This document shows, one piece after another, positions 16,201 to 17,149 of a DNA stretch of 17,149 bases (position 1 is its first letter; every line of letters begins with the position of its first letter). The stretch lies in contig JBKJLC010000053.1 in assembly GCA_046597055.1 (NCBI GenBank), forward strand, positions 1-17,149, written 5' to 3'. The notes beneath the pieces were generated by a model. The model searched no databases and was not told the DNA's origin. It worked only from the letters and a program-made list of their open reading frames with translations. The stretch is from Kofleriaceae bacterium. GTDB taxonomy: Bacteria; Myxococcota_A; Polyangia; Haliangiales; Haliangiaceae. The translations under genes and the position numbers were made by a program.

Positions 16201-17149
16201 CGTGGAACTGGTCCGATCGCCGCTACCAGCGGGCGCTGTCGTGGGCGCGCCGGCTGCGCGCGCTGCCGCTCGGCCCCGACGACGACGCCGACGACGTGCT
16301 CGACACCTGGGTGACCGCGTACCGGCTGGCCGGGCAGACCGCCGAGGTGATCGACGAGCTGCGCGCGCGCTGCGCCGACGGCGTGCCGGCGGTCGCCGCC
16401 CGCGAGGTCTACTGGGCGACCTCGCATCACGATCGCGCGCTGGCCGCGCGCGCGGCCCAGGTGGTCGCCGACGGCGCCGCCGAGCCCGGCGAGCGCCTGG
16501 AGTGGCGGATCGAGGCCGCCAAGATGCGTGGCCTCGCCGGCGAGACCGAGGCGGTCCGCGCGCTGTGGGGCGAGGCCGAGGCGCTCGCCTCGGCCGGCGG
16601 CTGGGCCAACCTGTCGTGGGGCCTCGGGCGGCTCAAGCAGTACGCCGACGCCGACCGCGCCGCGGCCGCGGCCATCGCCGTCGATCCCGATGATCTCGAC
16701 GCGGTCACCGCCGCGCTCGAGGCCGCCATGCGCGCCGGCGATCCGGGCGCGGCGCTCGGGTTCGCCCATCACCTCGTCGAGCGCCACCCGTTCGATCACC
16801 GCGGACCCGAGCGCCTGGCCGAGCTGTACGCCAAGACCCTCGATCCCGAGCGCGCGGTCAGCCACGGCGCCGCGGCGATCGAGGCCGCGCCGTACTGCGG
16901 CATGGCCCACGGCTACGGCGCGCTCGCCTACCTGATCGCCGGCGAGCGCGAGCTGGCCCGCCGCCACGCCGAGCAAGCCCTGCGGCTGGCGCCACCCGAC
17001 GAGGCCGATGCCTACGACGCGGCCCTGCTGGTCGTGCGCGCGCTGCAGGGAGATGCCCCGGGCCTGGACCGCTGTCTCGCCGCGTCGACCGATGCGGGGG
17101 CGGGGTTTGCCGGGTTCTTCGCGCGGTTGCGGGCGATCGCCGCGGGGGC
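13296..17149 (+). CDS. Giant TPR-repeat protein with an internal C39-like cysteine peptidase domain (partial, >1280 aa, runs off the window)
   Basis: GTG at 13296 overlaps the upstream TGA, and the frame is open at the window end (hence absent from the ORF track). It contains HQKYEFCGPAVLELCLRALG...LSQDEIA...GLPLII...SHVAVIMGYD...LVRDP. The Cys codon is at 14262, His at 14496 and Asp at 14550. TPR helices flank the domain on both sides. Confidence 0.88.
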   Translation, partial: MIADGAPPILTSPINAAPPSPTTIAELAVLIDALTGEERHADARAVLTATPGDGWDATAGARRALRAAELDAADGRDDEAILQLQALDVARLGDEAPRRAVLLASLYGRKRCRGLATAALAAATAAHPDAWQVALAAGDIALGFDDRDLAARHYALARGQGGGVRAAVASARLAFVLGDFAQAHAILAEVTPCQLAAAPPADGTGIDDTRTPGERALVARLEAALASAAGDHASEARAWRAVMAAAPRSDRRATAALNLGFALASAGDRATARAELEACWRAYPEHGAGKYANSRAELLARAPADARRHALPFPSTHQKYEFCGPAVLELCLRALGIELSQDEIAADVKRERGTPMYDIVRFLGRREIAARRVVATADKVRAAIDLGLPLIIQEEYSTTSHVAVIMGYDAALEVFLVRDPMTHQLSTRPWGWTESAGWLYGSGAVLVVGRLADPRTADALAACDAAGLVDAAHLALCDDISRRRSGRAGAEAATPQETLELTSRALAVDDNFGLAWMHRFSAYAALAAGDRDRWGEAALDCLVDIRERFPFDEWPWQAHGRWLMSQGAYAESFAAYLAAHRADPDDGNNLAWMGYCRQRERRLAAAERHLLAALRAEGDLGLREGVLAETYLYALEQAERDADTAGAAPAGISPGTAAPVETLERDPAELVRRGRHFAAIATELLPHQRYYWELRGLLAIRAGDADDARAAFGRARDGQPDRFFAVLGLAHVTATAGDRDGALAIYADACRFARGDAEPWLRRAALLVRGDAHAEAATVLEEGLALVSTGRERFVDPLWDALARLGSHEEAAARLRERAFRHHDDADLLLAAASKLDREGQRGHAVALLRAVLSGGPDNLAAMVRLGRILGDSALTRGEGRALLAAAVAAAPDWTFARRSLAMAWADEDPAKGLEILTPALGEDDLYVNEAHALLLEATGELDRAERVVRRVIAAYDGPEVEALTRMCSWNWSDRRYQRALSWARRLRALPLGPDDDADDVLDTWVTAYRLAGQTAEVIDELRARCADGVPAVAAREVYWATSHHDRALAARAAQVVADGAAEPGERLEWRIEAAKMRGLAGETEAVRALWGEAEALASAGGWANLSWGLGRLKQYADADRAAAAAIAVDPDDLDAVTAALEAAMRAGDPGAALGFAHHLVERHPFDHRGPERLAELYAKTLDPERAVSHGAAAIEAAPYCGMAHGYGALAYLIAGERELARRHAEQALRLAPPDEADAYDAALLVVRALQGDAPGLDRCLAASTDAGAGFAGFFARLRAIAAG

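Noticed and set aside
12591..16976. 1461-aa minus-strand ORF
   Set aside because: Antisense shadow of the real + strand TPR/C39 gene. It has no motifs and is typical of high-GC DNA.

Overview
Very GC-rich bacterial DNA whose gene content (DUF4360, DUF6748/Cys-cluster lipoprotein, giant TPR proteins) suggests a Myxococcota-like genome; that taxon call is inference. In order: the 3' end of a small gene, an FAD-linked oxidase (alkyl-DHAP synthase-like), a convergent M1 metallopeptidase plus membrane protein pair, a DUF4360 secreted protein, an accessory cassette, a YbjN/CesT-like gene coupled to tsaE, a Cys-rich lipoprotein, and two translationally coupled giant TPR proteins. The accessory cassette (about 5700-7970) is visibly more A/T-rich. 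It encodes a thymidylate-kinase-like P-loop kinase fused to a degenerate NUDIX domain, plus a second NUDIX protein with an intact motif. It is bracketed by two ~125-bp imperfect direct repeats, one of which folds into a long hairpin. This is the best candidate for an undescribed nucleotide-manipulating (possibly anti-phage) mobile module. The last gene (13296 to beyond the window end) is missing from the ORF track because it has no stop codon in the window. It carries an intact C39-like Cys-His-Asp peptidase domain, and its upstream neighbour looks like a catalytically dead paralog.
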